DNA from: Actinomycetales bacterium
GTDB lineage: Bacteria > Actinomycetota > Actinomycetes > Actinomycetales > CAVURS01
Direction: 5' to 3'
NCBI GenBank assembly: GCA_045807245.1
Contig: JBJMHS010000069.1
Location: 1 to 50,020, forward strand
DNA length: 50,020 nucleotides
Part shown: positions 17,688 to 26,403 of the stretch, one piece after another
How the letters are laid out: each line of letters opens with the position of its first letter
Position numbering within the stretch: the first letter of the stretch is position 1
The notes under the pieces: generated by a model
The model's input: the letters and a program-made list of their open reading frames with translations, nothing else
Told to the model about the DNA's origin: nothing
Database searches by the model: none
Program-made: the position numbers and the translations under genes

Positions 17688-18356
17688 TCAGTCGCCGCGC
17701 TCGAACCGGAAGCCGACGCCGCGGACGGTCTTGATGTACCGCGGGTTGGCGACGTCGTCACCGAGCTTGCGGCGCAACCAGGAGATGTGCATGTCGAGGG
17801 TCTTGGTCGAGCCGAGCCAGCGCTGGGCCCAGACCTCCCGGAGCAGCTGCTCACGCGGCACGACCCGGCCGGCCTCGCGGACGAGCACCCGCAGGACGTC
17901 GAACTCCTTCGCCGTGAGCTGCAGCTCGCGATCGTCGAGGAACGCCCGCCGGCCCTGCTGGTCGATCCGTACGGCGGGTGCGCGCTCCCCCTCGCTGCCC
18001 CCGCGGCGCAGCAGCGCCCGCACCCGGGCGAGCAGCTCGGCCAGCCGGAACGGCTTGGTCACGTAGTCGTCGGCGCCCGCGTCCAGACCGACCACGGTGT
18101 CGACCTCGTCGGCCCGGGCGGTCAGGACGAGCACCGGCACATCGCTGCCCATGGCCCGCATCTGGCGGCAGACCTCGAGCCCGTCCATGCCCGGCAGGCC
18201 GAGGTCCAGCACCACGAGGTCGGCGCCGTCGTCCGCACCGGCCAGGGCCGAGGGCCCGTCGCCGTACACGTCCACCTCGTAGCCCTCACGCTTGAGTGCG
18301 CGGGCCAGCGGGTCGGCGATTGCGGAGTCGTCCTCGACCAGCAGCACCCGTGTCAT
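17688..18356 (-). CDS. OmpR-family response regulator (DraR-like by synteny)
   Basis: RVLLVEDD, LDLGLPGMDG, GADDYVTKPF, TLDMHISWLRRKL, TVRGVGFRF; start ATG 18356. Confidence 0.95.
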   Translation of the reverse strand: MTRVLLVEDDSAIADPLARALKREGYEVDVYGDGPSALAGADDGADLVVLDLGLPGMDGLEVCRQMRAMGSDVPVLVLTARADEVDTVVGLDAGADDYVTKPFRLAELLARVRALLRRGGSEGERAPAVRIDQQGRRAFLDDRELQLTAKEFDVLRVLVREAGRVVPREQLLREVWAQRWLGSTKTLDMHISWLRRKLGDDVANPRYIKTVRGVGFRFERGD

Positions 18357-18423
18357 ATCGCGAATGGTAAACACGCGGACCGGGATTTCTTTACTCTTCG
18401 GCCGAGGACCATCCGGCGGAGAG

Positions 18424-19212
18424 CTATCCCGGCCAGCGGGGGCGACGCTTCTCGGTGAACGCGCGGACCCCCTCGGCGCGGTCCGCGGAGAACGCCGTGT
18501 CGGCCCAGCGCGCGTCCTCGATGTCCAGCCCGACGGCCAGCGGCTGGTCCAGCCCTTCCCTCATCGCCCGTTTCGCATTGCGGACCCCGACCGGTGAGTT
18601 GGCGGCGATGGCCACGGCCAGGTCGATCGCGACGGCCCGGTCCTGCCCCGCCTCGGCCGCCCGGTCGACCAGCCCCAGGGCCGCCGCCGCCGCCGCGTCG
18701 AGGCGCCGAGCGGTGAAGACGAGGTCGGCGGCACGCGACCAGCCGATCCGGCGGGCCAGCAGCTGCGTGCCACCACCGCCAGGGACGACACCCACGCTGA
18801 CCTCGGGCAGGCCCAGCACCGTGGTCGGGTCCGCGACCAGCAGGTCACAGGACAGGGCCAGCTCGAACCCGCCGCCCAGCGCGAAGCCGTGGACGGCCGC
18901 GACGGCCGGCACTGGCAGGTCGAGGACCGACCGGTACGCCGCGCGAGCCACCGGCCGCTGCGCGCGCAGCTCGTCGTCGGTCAGCCGGTTGCGCTCCTTC
19001 AGGTCCGCTCCGACGCAGAACGCCTTGGCGACCGCGCTGGACAGGACGACCGCGCGCACCCCGGGGTCGGACGCCGCGGTCACACAGGCCGCGCGCAGCT
19101 GCTGGGCCAGCTCGGTGGACACCGCGTTCAGCGCATCGGGGCGGTCCAGGACGATCTCGGCGACGTAGTCGGCCGGCCGCTCCAGCCGGACGTACGCCGG
19201 GTGCTCACTCAT
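18424..19212 (-). CDS. Enoyl-CoA hydratase/isomerase (possibly methylglutaconyl-CoA hydratase-like)
   Basis: AFCVGADLKER, ALGGGFELALSCD, LPEVSVGVVPGGGGTQ; start ATG 19212. Confidence 0.92.
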   Translation of the reverse strand: MSEHPAYVRLERPADYVAEIVLDRPDALNAVSTELAQQLRAACVTAASDPGVRAVVLSSAVAKAFCVGADLKERNRLTDDELRAQRPVARAAYRSVLDLPVPAVAAVHGFALGGGFELALSCDLLVADPTTVLGLPEVSVGVVPGGGGTQLLARRIGWSRAADLVFTARRLDAAAAAALGLVDRAAEAGQDRAVAIDLAVAIAANSPVGVRNAKRAMREGLDQPLAVGLDIEDARWADTAFSADRAEGVRAFTEKRRPRWPG

Positions 19213-20299
19213 CGCTCGGCACCATAGACCGGCCTGAGCCGGTCTCGTCGGGCACAGACCGGCCTGGGCCGGTCTCGTCGGGCATAGACCGGCCTCGGCC
19301 GGCTCGGCGCAGCCGCCACGGCCGGACCAGGCCGAGGCCGCGCAACGGACGCCGGCGCATGACGTCCAGGTCGAAGCCCGAGACGCTGGCCAGGGCGGCC
19401 GCCGTGGCGTCGTCGACCAGGACCGCTCCGGGGTGCGCCATGCCGGTGAGGCGGCTGGCCCGGTTGACCGTCGTACCGAACACGTCACCGAGCCGCATGA
19501 CGACCGGGCCGGTCGACAGACCGGAGCGGACCTCGGGCAGCAGGTCGTCCTCCGCCATCGCATCGGCGATGTCCAGCGCGATCGCCGCCGCGGCCGCCGG
19601 GGCAGCGGCCGCGAACAGGACCTCGTCACCGACGGTCTTGACCACCCGCCCGCCGTGCGCCGCGACGATGTCCGAGGCCAGCGCCTCGAACCGCTGCACC
19701 AGCGCCGCGAGCTCACGCTCGGAGAGCCGGCGCACCAGCCGCGTGAACGCCACCAGGTCGGCGAACCCGACGGTGCGGACGCCGCCCGGCTGGTCGAGCA
19801 CCGGTGCGGCATCGGCCATCAGCCGGGCGACTGCGGCGGCCAGATGACGGCGCCAGGCGTAGGCGACGAGCGGCTCCAGCCGGTCGGACAGGTCCACGAC
19901 GGCCCGGGCGACCTGGGCCGCGTGCCGGGCGTCCGGCGCGGACTGCGGGTCGGCCGCCCGGTCGGCGGCGACCGACTCGGCGAGCAGCTGCACCTGCCAG
20001 GAGGCGAGCCGGTCGGTCGAGCGGCCGATCGCCCGGGCGAGCGCCAGCGCCGTCGGCTCGTCGACCAGACCGTCCCGGACCAGGCCGACGGCCTGGCGCA
20101 GCGCAGCCAGGTCGGCGTCGGAGAACGCGGCGTAGTCGTCACCCACGTTCGCGAAGCCCAGCGCGCGCCAGAACCTGCGGGCCGAGAGCAGCGAGACCCC
20201 GGCCGACGCGCTGACCTCGCGCCGCCGGAACCGTCGCGGCTCGCCGAGCAGCGCGAGCTCGACCTCTTGGGCCGGGTCGCCGGGTGCGCCTCCGGTCAC
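19205..20299 (-). CDS. cya: Class III adenylate cyclase with N-terminal regulatory domain
   Basis: RRFWRALGF regulatory motif; GFADLVAFT, VKTVGDEVLF, DVFGTTVNRASRL (canonical D, K, D, D, N, R residues); GTGA overlap with the upstream gene. Confidence 0.92.
   Translation of the reverse strand: MTGGAPGDPAQEVELALLGEPRRFRRREVSASAGVSLLSARRFWRALGFANVGDDYAAFSDADLAALRQAVGLVRDGLVDEPTALALARAIGRSTDRLASWQVQLLAESVAADRAADPQSAPDARHAAQVARAVVDLSDRLEPLVAYAWRRHLAAAVARLMADAAPVLDQPGGVRTVGFADLVAFTRLVRRLSERELAALVQRFEALASDIVAAHGGRVVKTVGDEVLFAAAAPAAAAAIALDIADAMAEDDLLPEVRSGLSTGPVVMRLGDVFGTTVNRASRLTGMAHPGAVLVDDATAAALASVSGFDLDVMRRRPLRGLGLVRPWRLRRAGRGRSMPDETGPGRSVPDETGSGRSMVPSDE
19223..19302. repeat. 30-bp tandem repeat (~2.7 copies), each unit a hairpin
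   Basis: Units start at 19223, 19253, 19283; core AGACCGGC-N4-GCCGGTCT. Confidence 0.9.
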
Positions 20300-20847
20300 G
20301 TCCGAGCCGGTTGCGGGCCGCCCGAGCTGCCCGTGCCGTCGTCCCGACGGTTGTTGCCCTCGGCGTCGGCCTCCACCAGCTCGTAGAGCCGGCGCTGGAT
20401 CTGCTCGACGTGCGGGATGTCGGTCAAGGTCACCTGGCCGCGCTCGCCGGCCGACTCGACGACCAGCGTGCCGCACCCGAGCACGCGCTCGATCGCGGTG
20501 TGCGAGAACGACACGTCGTTGATCCGGGCCAGCGGGATGTCACGGCCGCTGCGCGCGATGATCCCTTGACGCAGGATCAGCCGGTGCGTGGTCAGGACGT
20601 AGACGGTCGTCCACCAGCGCAGGAACGGCAGCACGCTGAGCCAGGCCAGCGCGACGACCCCGATGACGAGGACGACCACACGGATGGCGGTCTGCCGGTC
20701 GCCGTCCGGGATACGCGCCATGAGGAAGGTCGTGAGCGGCACGACGACCAGCAACGCGATGACCGGCCCGACCAGCGACTTCCAGTGCGTGCGCAGCTGG
20801 GTGTCGATCGTCTCGTCGTTCGCCAGGAGCCGCTTGGGGTAGCCCAT
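20296..20847 (-). CDS. Bacterial PH-domain (bPH_2) membrane protein
   Basis: MGYPKRLL, RTHWKSL, two TMs, YVLTTHRLILRQGII, DIPLARINDVS, GCGTLVVESAG. Confidence 0.9.
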   Translation of the reverse strand: MGYPKRLLANDETIDTQLRTHWKSLVGPVIALLVVVPLTTFLMARIPDGDRQTAIRVVVLVIGVVALAWLSVLPFLRWWTTVYVLTTHRLILRQGIIARSGRDIPLARINDVSFSHTAIERVLGCGTLVVESAGERGQVTLTDIPHVEQIQRRLYELVEADAEGNNRRDDGTGSSGGPQPART

Positions 20848-20897
20848 GGCGCAGATCATGCCGTGTCGGCGCCGGCTCGGCGACGATCCGGGGGCCC

Positions 20898-21731
20898 TCA
20901 GCGCACGTGCCGGACGTCCCCCGCGGCGAGCGCATGGGAGTGGCCCTCGTGGTCGCGGACCAGCAGCCGGCCCTCGTCGTCGACGCCTTCCGCCGTACCG
21001 GTCAGATCCGCGCCCGCCGGCAGCTGGACGACGACCTCCCGGCCGAGCGTCGTACACGCCTCGCGGTACGCCGCACCGATGCCGCTCGCCCGCGGGTCAC
21101 CCGCCGCCGCGCGCCAGCGGGCATAGCGGTGCTCGAGGGCCCGCAGGTAGGCATGGAGCAACACCTGCCGGTCGGTCGTCGCGGCTCCGGCCAGGCGCAG
21201 CGAGGTGGCCGTCGGCACGGGCAGCTCGTCCTCGTCGAGGGTCACGTTGAGCCCGAGCCCCACGACCACTGCGGCTCCGGAGGGCTGCGCCACGAGCTCG
21301 GCCAGGATGCCGGCGACCTTGCGTTCGTCGACCAGGACGTCGTTGGGCCACTTCAGCCGCGCCGGGAGCCCCGCCACCGACTGCAGCACGTCCAGGACGG
21401 CGAGGCCGGTGAGCAGCGGCAGCCAGGACCGGCGCGCGGAGTCCACGTCTCGCGGGGCGAGCAGCACCGACACCGCGAGCGCAGTGCGCGGCGGGGCGGT
21501 CCAGGTCCGGCCCAGCCGCCCGCGTCCGGCGACCTGGTGGTCGGCCGCGAGAGCGACGCCCTCGGCCAGGTCGCCTTCGACCGCCCGGGCGGCCAGGTCC
21601 TCGTTGGTCGAGCCGGTCCCGGCGACGACCGTGACCTCACGCCAGAGCGCGCTGCCGGTGATCGCGCGGTTCGCGCCGCCGGCGACCAGTGGCGGCCGGC
21701 TTAGGTCGGTCCAATCGCTGCCCTCCGCCAC
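20898..21731 (-). CDS. birA: Biotin--protein ligase (no HTH domain)
   Basis: TGSTN, QVAGRGRLGRTW, LKWPNDVLV, KVAGIL, AGDVRHVR. Confidence 0.96.
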   Translation of the reverse strand: MAEGSDWTDLSRPPLVAGGANRAITGSALWREVTVVAGTGSTNEDLAARAVEGDLAEGVALAADHQVAGRGRLGRTWTAPPRTALAVSVLLAPRDVDSARRSWLPLLTGLAVLDVLQSVAGLPARLKWPNDVLVDERKVAGILAELVAQPSGAAVVVGLGLNVTLDEDELPVPTATSLRLAGAATTDRQVLLHAYLRALEHRYARWRAAAGDPRASGIGAAYREACTTLGREVVVQLPAGADLTGTAEGVDDEGRLLVRDHEGHSHALAAGDVRHVR

Positions 21732-21771
21732 ACCCCCAGGCTAGGCGCCGGTCAGGTCTAGGCTGCGGGCC

Positions 21772-23445
21772 GTGCAGCCAGAGCAGACCGCACCCGCGAC
21801 GACCCCAGAGGTCACCGTCGACGTCGACGTGGAGGACGTGGAGGTCGACCCGATCGATATCCACACGGCCGCCGGCAAGCTGGCCGACCTGCACCGGCGC
21901 AACGACGAAGCCGTGCACGCCGGATCGGCCCGCGCCGTGGAGAAGCAGCACGCGAAGGGCAAGCAGACCGCACGCGAGCGGATCGAGATGCTGCTCGACG
22001 AGGGCTCGTTCATCGAGACCGACGAGCTGGCCCGGCACCGCTCCACCAACTTCGGCCAGGACAAGCGGCGCCCGTACGGCGACGGCGTCATCACCGGCTA
22101 CGGGACGGTCGACGGCCGGCCGGTCTGCATCTTCAGCCAGGACGTCACGGTGTTCGGCGGCAGCCTCGGCGAGGTGTACGGCGAGAAGATCGTCAAGGTC
22201 CTCGACCTGGCGATGAAGACCGGCTGCCCGGTCATCGGCATCAACGAAGGTGGCGGCGCGCGCATCCAGGAGGGCGTGGTCAGCCTCGGCCTGTACGGCG
22301 AGATCTTCCACCGCAACGTGCAGGCGTCCGGCGTCGTACCGCAGATCTCGCTGATCATGGGCGCCGCAGCGGGAGGACACGTGTACTCGCCGGCGCTGAC
22401 CGACTTCACCGTGATGGTCGACCTGACGTCGCACATGTTCATCACCGGCCCGGACGTCATCAAGACCGTCACCGGCGAGGAGGTCAGCTTCGAGGATCTC
22501 GGCGGCGCGCGCACGCACAACACCAAGAGCGGCAACGCGCACTACCTGGGGGCCGACGAGGCGGACGCGATCGAGTACGTGAAGGGCCTGCTCTCCTACC
22601 TGCCCAGCAACAACCTCGACGAGCCGCCCGCCTACGACGACGGCGACGGCCTGGTGTCCGGTCCGATCGAGATCACCGACTACGACCGTGAGCTGGACAC
22701 CCTGGTCCCGGACTCCTCCAACCAGCCGTACGACATGCACACCGTCATCAAGCACGTCGTCGACGACGAGGAGTTCCTCGAGGTGCAGGCGCTGTTCGCG
22801 CCGAACATCCTCGTCGGCTTCGCCCGCATCGACGGGCACAGCGTCGGCATCGTGGCCAACCAGCCGATGCAGTTCGCCGGGACGCTCGACATCGACGCGA
22901 GCGAGAAGGCCGCGCGCTTCGTGCGGACCTGTGACGCCTTCAACGTGCCCGTGATGACGTTCGTCGACGTGCCCGGGTTCCTGCCCGGCACGGACCAGGA
23001 ATGGAACGGCATCATCCGGCGGGGCGCGAAGCTCATCTACGCCTACGCCGAGGCGACGGTGCCGCTCGTCACCGTCATCACGCGCAAGGCGTACGGCGGC
23101 GCGTACGACGTCATGGGCTCCAAGCACCTCGGGGCCGACGTCAACCTGGCCTGGCCGACGGCACAGATCGCGGTCATGGGCGCCCAGGGGGCGGTCAACA
23201 TCCTGTACCGCGGCGAGCTCAAGAAGGCGCGGGACTCCGGCGCCGACGTCGAGCCCCTGCGCCAGGGGTTCATCACCGAGTACGAGGACACGCTGGCCAA
23301 CCCCTACATCGCCGCCGAGCGCGGCTACGTCGACTCGGTCATCCCGCCGTCGTACACCCGCGCGTACGTCGCCCGCGCCCTGCGCATGCTGCGCAACAAG
23401 CGGGAGACCCTGCCGCCCAAGAAGCACGGGAACATCCCGCTGTGA
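21772..23445 (+). CDS. pccB: Acyl-CoA carboxylase beta subunit (PccB/AccD5 type)
   Basis: [54 protein letters not shown]. Confidence 0.95.
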   Translation: MQPEQTAPATTPEVTVDVDVEDVEVDPIDIHTAAGKLADLHRRNDEAVHAGSARAVEKQHAKGKQTARERIEMLLDEGSFIETDELARHRSTNFGQDKRRPYGDGVITGYGTVDGRPVCIFSQDVTVFGGSLGEVYGEKIVKVLDLAMKTGCPVIGINEGGGARIQEGVVSLGLYGEIFHRNVQASGVVPQISLIMGAAAGGHVYSPALTDFTVMVDLTSHMFITGPDVIKTVTGEEVSFEDLGGARTHNTKSGNAHYLGADEADAIEYVKGLLSYLPSNNLDEPPAYDDGDGLVSGPIEITDYDRELDTLVPDSSNQPYDMHTVIKHVVDDEEFLEVQALFAPNILVGFARIDGHSVGIVANQPMQFAGTLDIDASEKAARFVRTCDAFNVPVMTFVDVPGFLPGTDQEWNGIIRRGAKLIYAYAEATVPLVTVITRKAYGGAYDVMGSKHLGADVNLAWPTAQIAVMGAQGAVNILYRGELKKARDSGADVEPLRQGFITEYEDTLANPYIAAERGYVDSVIPPSYTRAYVARALRMLRNKRETLPPKKHGNIPL

Positions 23446-23699
23446 GCCAGTCTCCGCCGACGAACGGCCAGGCGGAGCCGGGCGCCGCCCTGCGCCTGGT
23501 CCGGGGTGACGCACTGCCGGAGGAGCTCGCCGCCCTCGTCGCGGTGCTCTCGGCCCGGGCCGGCGCGTCCGCGGCGGCCGGGCCGGCCCCTGGCTCGGGC
23601 CGGCCACCCCGCGGACGCTGGGGCGACCCCAGGGCCAGGGTTCGCCCCGCGCACCGCCCCGGCCCCGGCGCCTGGCGCGCGTCCGGCCTGCCCTCTTAG
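23442..23699 (+). CDS. Acyl-CoA carboxylase epsilon subunit
   Basis: [20 protein letters not shown] and [15 protein letters not shown] overlap with pccB. Confidence 0.88.
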   Translation: MSQSPPTNGQAEPGAALRLVRGDALPEELAALVAVLSARAGASAAAGPAPGSGRPPRGRWGDPRARVRPAHRPGPGAWRASGLPS

Positions 23700-23736
23700 G
23701 CCCGGCCGGACCCGTTGCTGGCGTTAGGGTCGGCGG

Positions 23737-25446
23737 GTGCCTGATGCCCCTGACCAGCCTTCTGCCGTCCAGCCACAAGCCGGGCGGCCGCCGACCGACG
23801 TCGACCGGGTCGCCGACGCGTACCTGGACGCCTCCCTCGCGCTCAACCCGGGCAAGGCGACCCGGATCGGCGCGCCGGGATACGACGACAAGCTGACCGA
23901 CTACTCCCCCGAGGGCATCGCCGCCCGGCTGGAGCTGGATCGCCGGACCCTCGCCGAGCTCGACCGGGCCCAGGCCGTGGACGCGATCGACCGAGTGACG
24001 GTCGACGCGATGCGGGACCGGCTCGGCGTCGCGGTGGAGATCAGCGAGGCGGGCTGGGAGGAGTCGGACCTCAACGTGATCGCCTCCCCGGCTCAGGAGA
24101 CGCGCGCGATCTTCGACCTGATGCCCACTGTCACGGCCGAGGACTGGTCGACCATCGCGCAGCGGCTGCGGGCGGTGCCGGCAGCGCTGGAGGGCTACCG
24201 CACCTCGCTGCTCAGGGCCGTGGACCGGGACGACGTCTCGCCGCGCCGCCAGGTCGAGGGGGTCGTCACCCAGTGCGGCAGCTTCACCGCGGACGACGGC
24301 TTCTTCGCGGCGTTCGCCGCCAAGGCCGCCAACGCCGACGGTGTGCCTGAGGACCTCGCGCGAGAGGTGGCGGGGGCCACCCGCACCGCTGCCGCGGCGT
24401 ACACCGACCTCGCGGCGTTCCTGCAGGAGCGGATCCTGCCGCACGCACCCGAGGCGGACGGCTGCGGACGGGAGAGGTACGCACTGCTGTCTCGCGCGTT
24501 CGTCGGGGCGACCGTGGACTTCGACGAGGCGTACGCATGGGGCCAGGAGGAGCTGGCCCGGATCACTGACGAGATGAACCGGCTGGCCGACCAGATCCGT
24601 TCTGGTGCAACCGTTCCCGAAGCCATGGACGTGCTCGACACCGATCCCGCGAACATCCTCAACAGCAAGGACGAGCTCCAGGCCTGGATGCAGGAGCGCG
24701 CCGACGAGGCGGTCAGCAAGCTCAACAACCGGCATTTCGACATCCCCGAGCCCCTGCGGACGATCGAGTGCTGCATCGCCCCCACGACTGAGGGCGGCAT
24801 CTACTACACCTCGCCCAGCGACGACTTCTCCCGGCCGGGCCGGATGTGGTGGTCGGTCCCCAAGGATGTGCACCAGTTCACGACCTGGCGCGAGCTCACG
24901 ACGGTGTACCACGAGGGCGTGCCCGGTCATCACCTCCAGGTCGGCCAGGCGGTCTACAACCGCGCCCTGCTCAACCGCTGGCGCCGGCTCGACTGCTGGA
25001 TCTCCGGGCACGGCGAGGGCTGGGCGCTGTACGCCGAGCGGCTGATGGAGGACCTCGGCTACCTGGCCGACGCCGGATCCCGGCTCGGCATGCTCGACGG
25101 CCAGTCCCTACGCGCCGCGCGCGTGGTCCTGGACATCGGTGTCCACCTCGGGCTGCCTGCGCCGGCCGAGGTCGGCGGCGGCGACTGGGACTACGACAAG
25201 GCCTGGGCGTTCCTGTGCTCGCACTCGGCGATGGCCGAGGGCTTCCTGCGCTTCGAGCTGGACCGCTACCTGGGGTGGCCGGCCCAGGCCCCGTCGTACA
25301 AGCTCGGCGAGCGTCTGTGGCTGGAGCTACGGGACGCGGCCAAGGCGGCGGCCGGGCCCGACTTCGACCTCAAGGAGTTCCACCGGGCCGCTCTCGACGT
25401 CGGGTCGGTGCCGCTGGACGTCCTGCGCCGGGCCGTCCTCAGCTGA
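23737..25446 (+). CDS. DUF885 family protein (putative metallopeptidase)
   Basis: SRPGRMWW, YHEGVPGHHLQ, GEGWALYAE, WPAQAPSYKLG, DLKEFH. Confidence 0.92.
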   Translation: MPDAPDQPSAVQPQAGRPPTDVDRVADAYLDASLALNPGKATRIGAPGYDDKLTDYSPEGIAARLELDRRTLAELDRAQAVDAIDRVTVDAMRDRLGVAVEISEAGWEESDLNVIASPAQETRAIFDLMPTVTAEDWSTIAQRLRAVPAALEGYRTSLLRAVDRDDVSPRRQVEGVVTQCGSFTADDGFFAAFAAKAANADGVPEDLAREVAGATRTAAAAYTDLAAFLQERILPHAPEADGCGRERYALLSRAFVGATVDFDEAYAWGQEELARITDEMNRLADQIRSGATVPEAMDVLDTDPANILNSKDELQAWMQERADEAVSKLNNRHFDIPEPLRTIECCIAPTTEGGIYYTSPSDDFSRPGRMWWSVPKDVHQFTTWRELTTVYHEGVPGHHLQVGQAVYNRALLNRWRRLDCWISGHGEGWALYAERLMEDLGYLADAGSRLGMLDGQSLRAARVVLDIGVHLGLPAPAEVGGGDWDYDKAWAFLCSHSAMAEGFLRFELDRYLGWPAQAPSYKLGERLWLELRDAAKAAAGPDFDLKEFHRAALDVGSVPLDVLRRAVLS

Positions 25447-25450
25447 CCCG

Positions 25451-26131
25451 GTGAGCGCCTTCGTGCTGGCCTCGGCGTCGCCGGCCCGGCTGACGACACT
25501 GCGCCAGGCCGGCATCGAGCCCCACGTCCTGGTCGCGGACGTCGACGAGCCGGCAGTCGTGGACGAGTACGCCGCGCGGGCCGGAGCAGCGCTCTCGGCC
25601 GAGGACGTCGCGCTGGTGCTCGCCCGCGCCAAGGCCGAGATCGTCGCGGCACGCGTGGACGACGCCCTCGTCCTCGGCTGCGACTCCGTGCTCGAGCTCG
25701 ACGGCGAGGTGCACGGCAAGCCGACCGGTCCAGAGGAGGCGACCGCCCGGTGGCAGCGGATGCGCGGCCGGGAGGGCGTCCTGCACACCGGTCACTGGCT
25801 GGTGGATGCGCGCGCGAGCGCCGGTGCGGGCTCGGGGGCCACGATCGGCGCCGTCGCCTCGGCGCTCGTCCGCTTCGCCGACGTCACGGACGAGGAGATC
25901 CGGGCCTACGTGGCGACGGGTGAGCCGTTGCACGTGGCCGGCGCGTTCACGATCGACGGCCTGGGCGGTCCGTTCGTGGAGGGGGTCGACGGCGACCCGC
26001 ACACCGTCGTGGGACTCAGCCTGCCCCTCCTGCGCCGGCTGCTCGCCGACGTCGGCGTCACGTGGCCCAGCCTCTGGCGGGATTTCGGCAACGGCTCCGT
26101 TGTCTCACCACAGCGGCGGTCGCTTAGCTGA
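25451..26131 (+). CDS. maf: Maf nucleoside triphosphate pyrophosphatase
   Basis: LASASPARL, LARAKA, GCDSVL, HGKP, GEPLHVAGAFTIDG, VVGLSL. Confidence 0.94.
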   Translation: MSAFVLASASPARLTTLRQAGIEPHVLVADVDEPAVVDEYAARAGAALSAEDVALVLARAKAEIVAARVDDALVLGCDSVLELDGEVHGKPTGPEEATARWQRMRGREGVLHTGHWLVDARASAGAGSGATIGAVASALVRFADVTDEEIRAYVATGEPLHVAGAFTIDGLGGPFVEGVDGDPHTVVGLSLPLLRRLLADVGVTWPSLWRDFGNGSVVSPQRRSLS

Positions 26132-26141
26132 ACCGTGAGCG

Positions 26142-26354
26142 TCACGGGTGACGCTGAGCGTTCAGCCAAGCCGGCGAACACGAACGCCGGATGGTGGCCA
26201 GACGCCGGGCGCGCCAGGCGGCGTACCCGGCCACGGGCCGCTCAGCCTGCTCCGCTCGCGCTGCGATGACGGCGAGCACGGCCGCCAGCTCCTCGGGCGC
26301 AGCGCCACCGCGGACCACCTCGAAGCCATCCAGGTCGTGGATGGCTCCGCTCAT
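26142..26354 (-). CDS. Second acyl-CoA carboxylase epsilon-like subunit
   Basis: FEVVRGGAAPEELAAVLAVI matches the epsilon N-terminal motif; follows a carboxyltransferase gene on the same strand. Confidence 0.7.
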   Translation of the reverse strand: MSGAIHDLDGFEVVRGGAAPEELAAVLAVIAARAEQAERPVAGYAAWRARRLATIRRSCSPAWLNAQRHP

Positions 26355-26403
26355 GGCGTCATCCTGCCTGCGCATGCGGGTTGACCTCTCGGAGCCAGGC
26401 CGG

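Noticed and set aside
19223..19302. Possible mini-CRISPR (30-bp palindromic repeats)
   Set aside because: Repeats are contiguous with no unique spacers, lie in a coding frame, and no cas genes are present.
21637..25011. 1124-aa minus-strand ORF, the longest in the track
   Set aside because: Antisense to well-supported pccB, epsilon and DUF885 genes; composition mirrors their codons.
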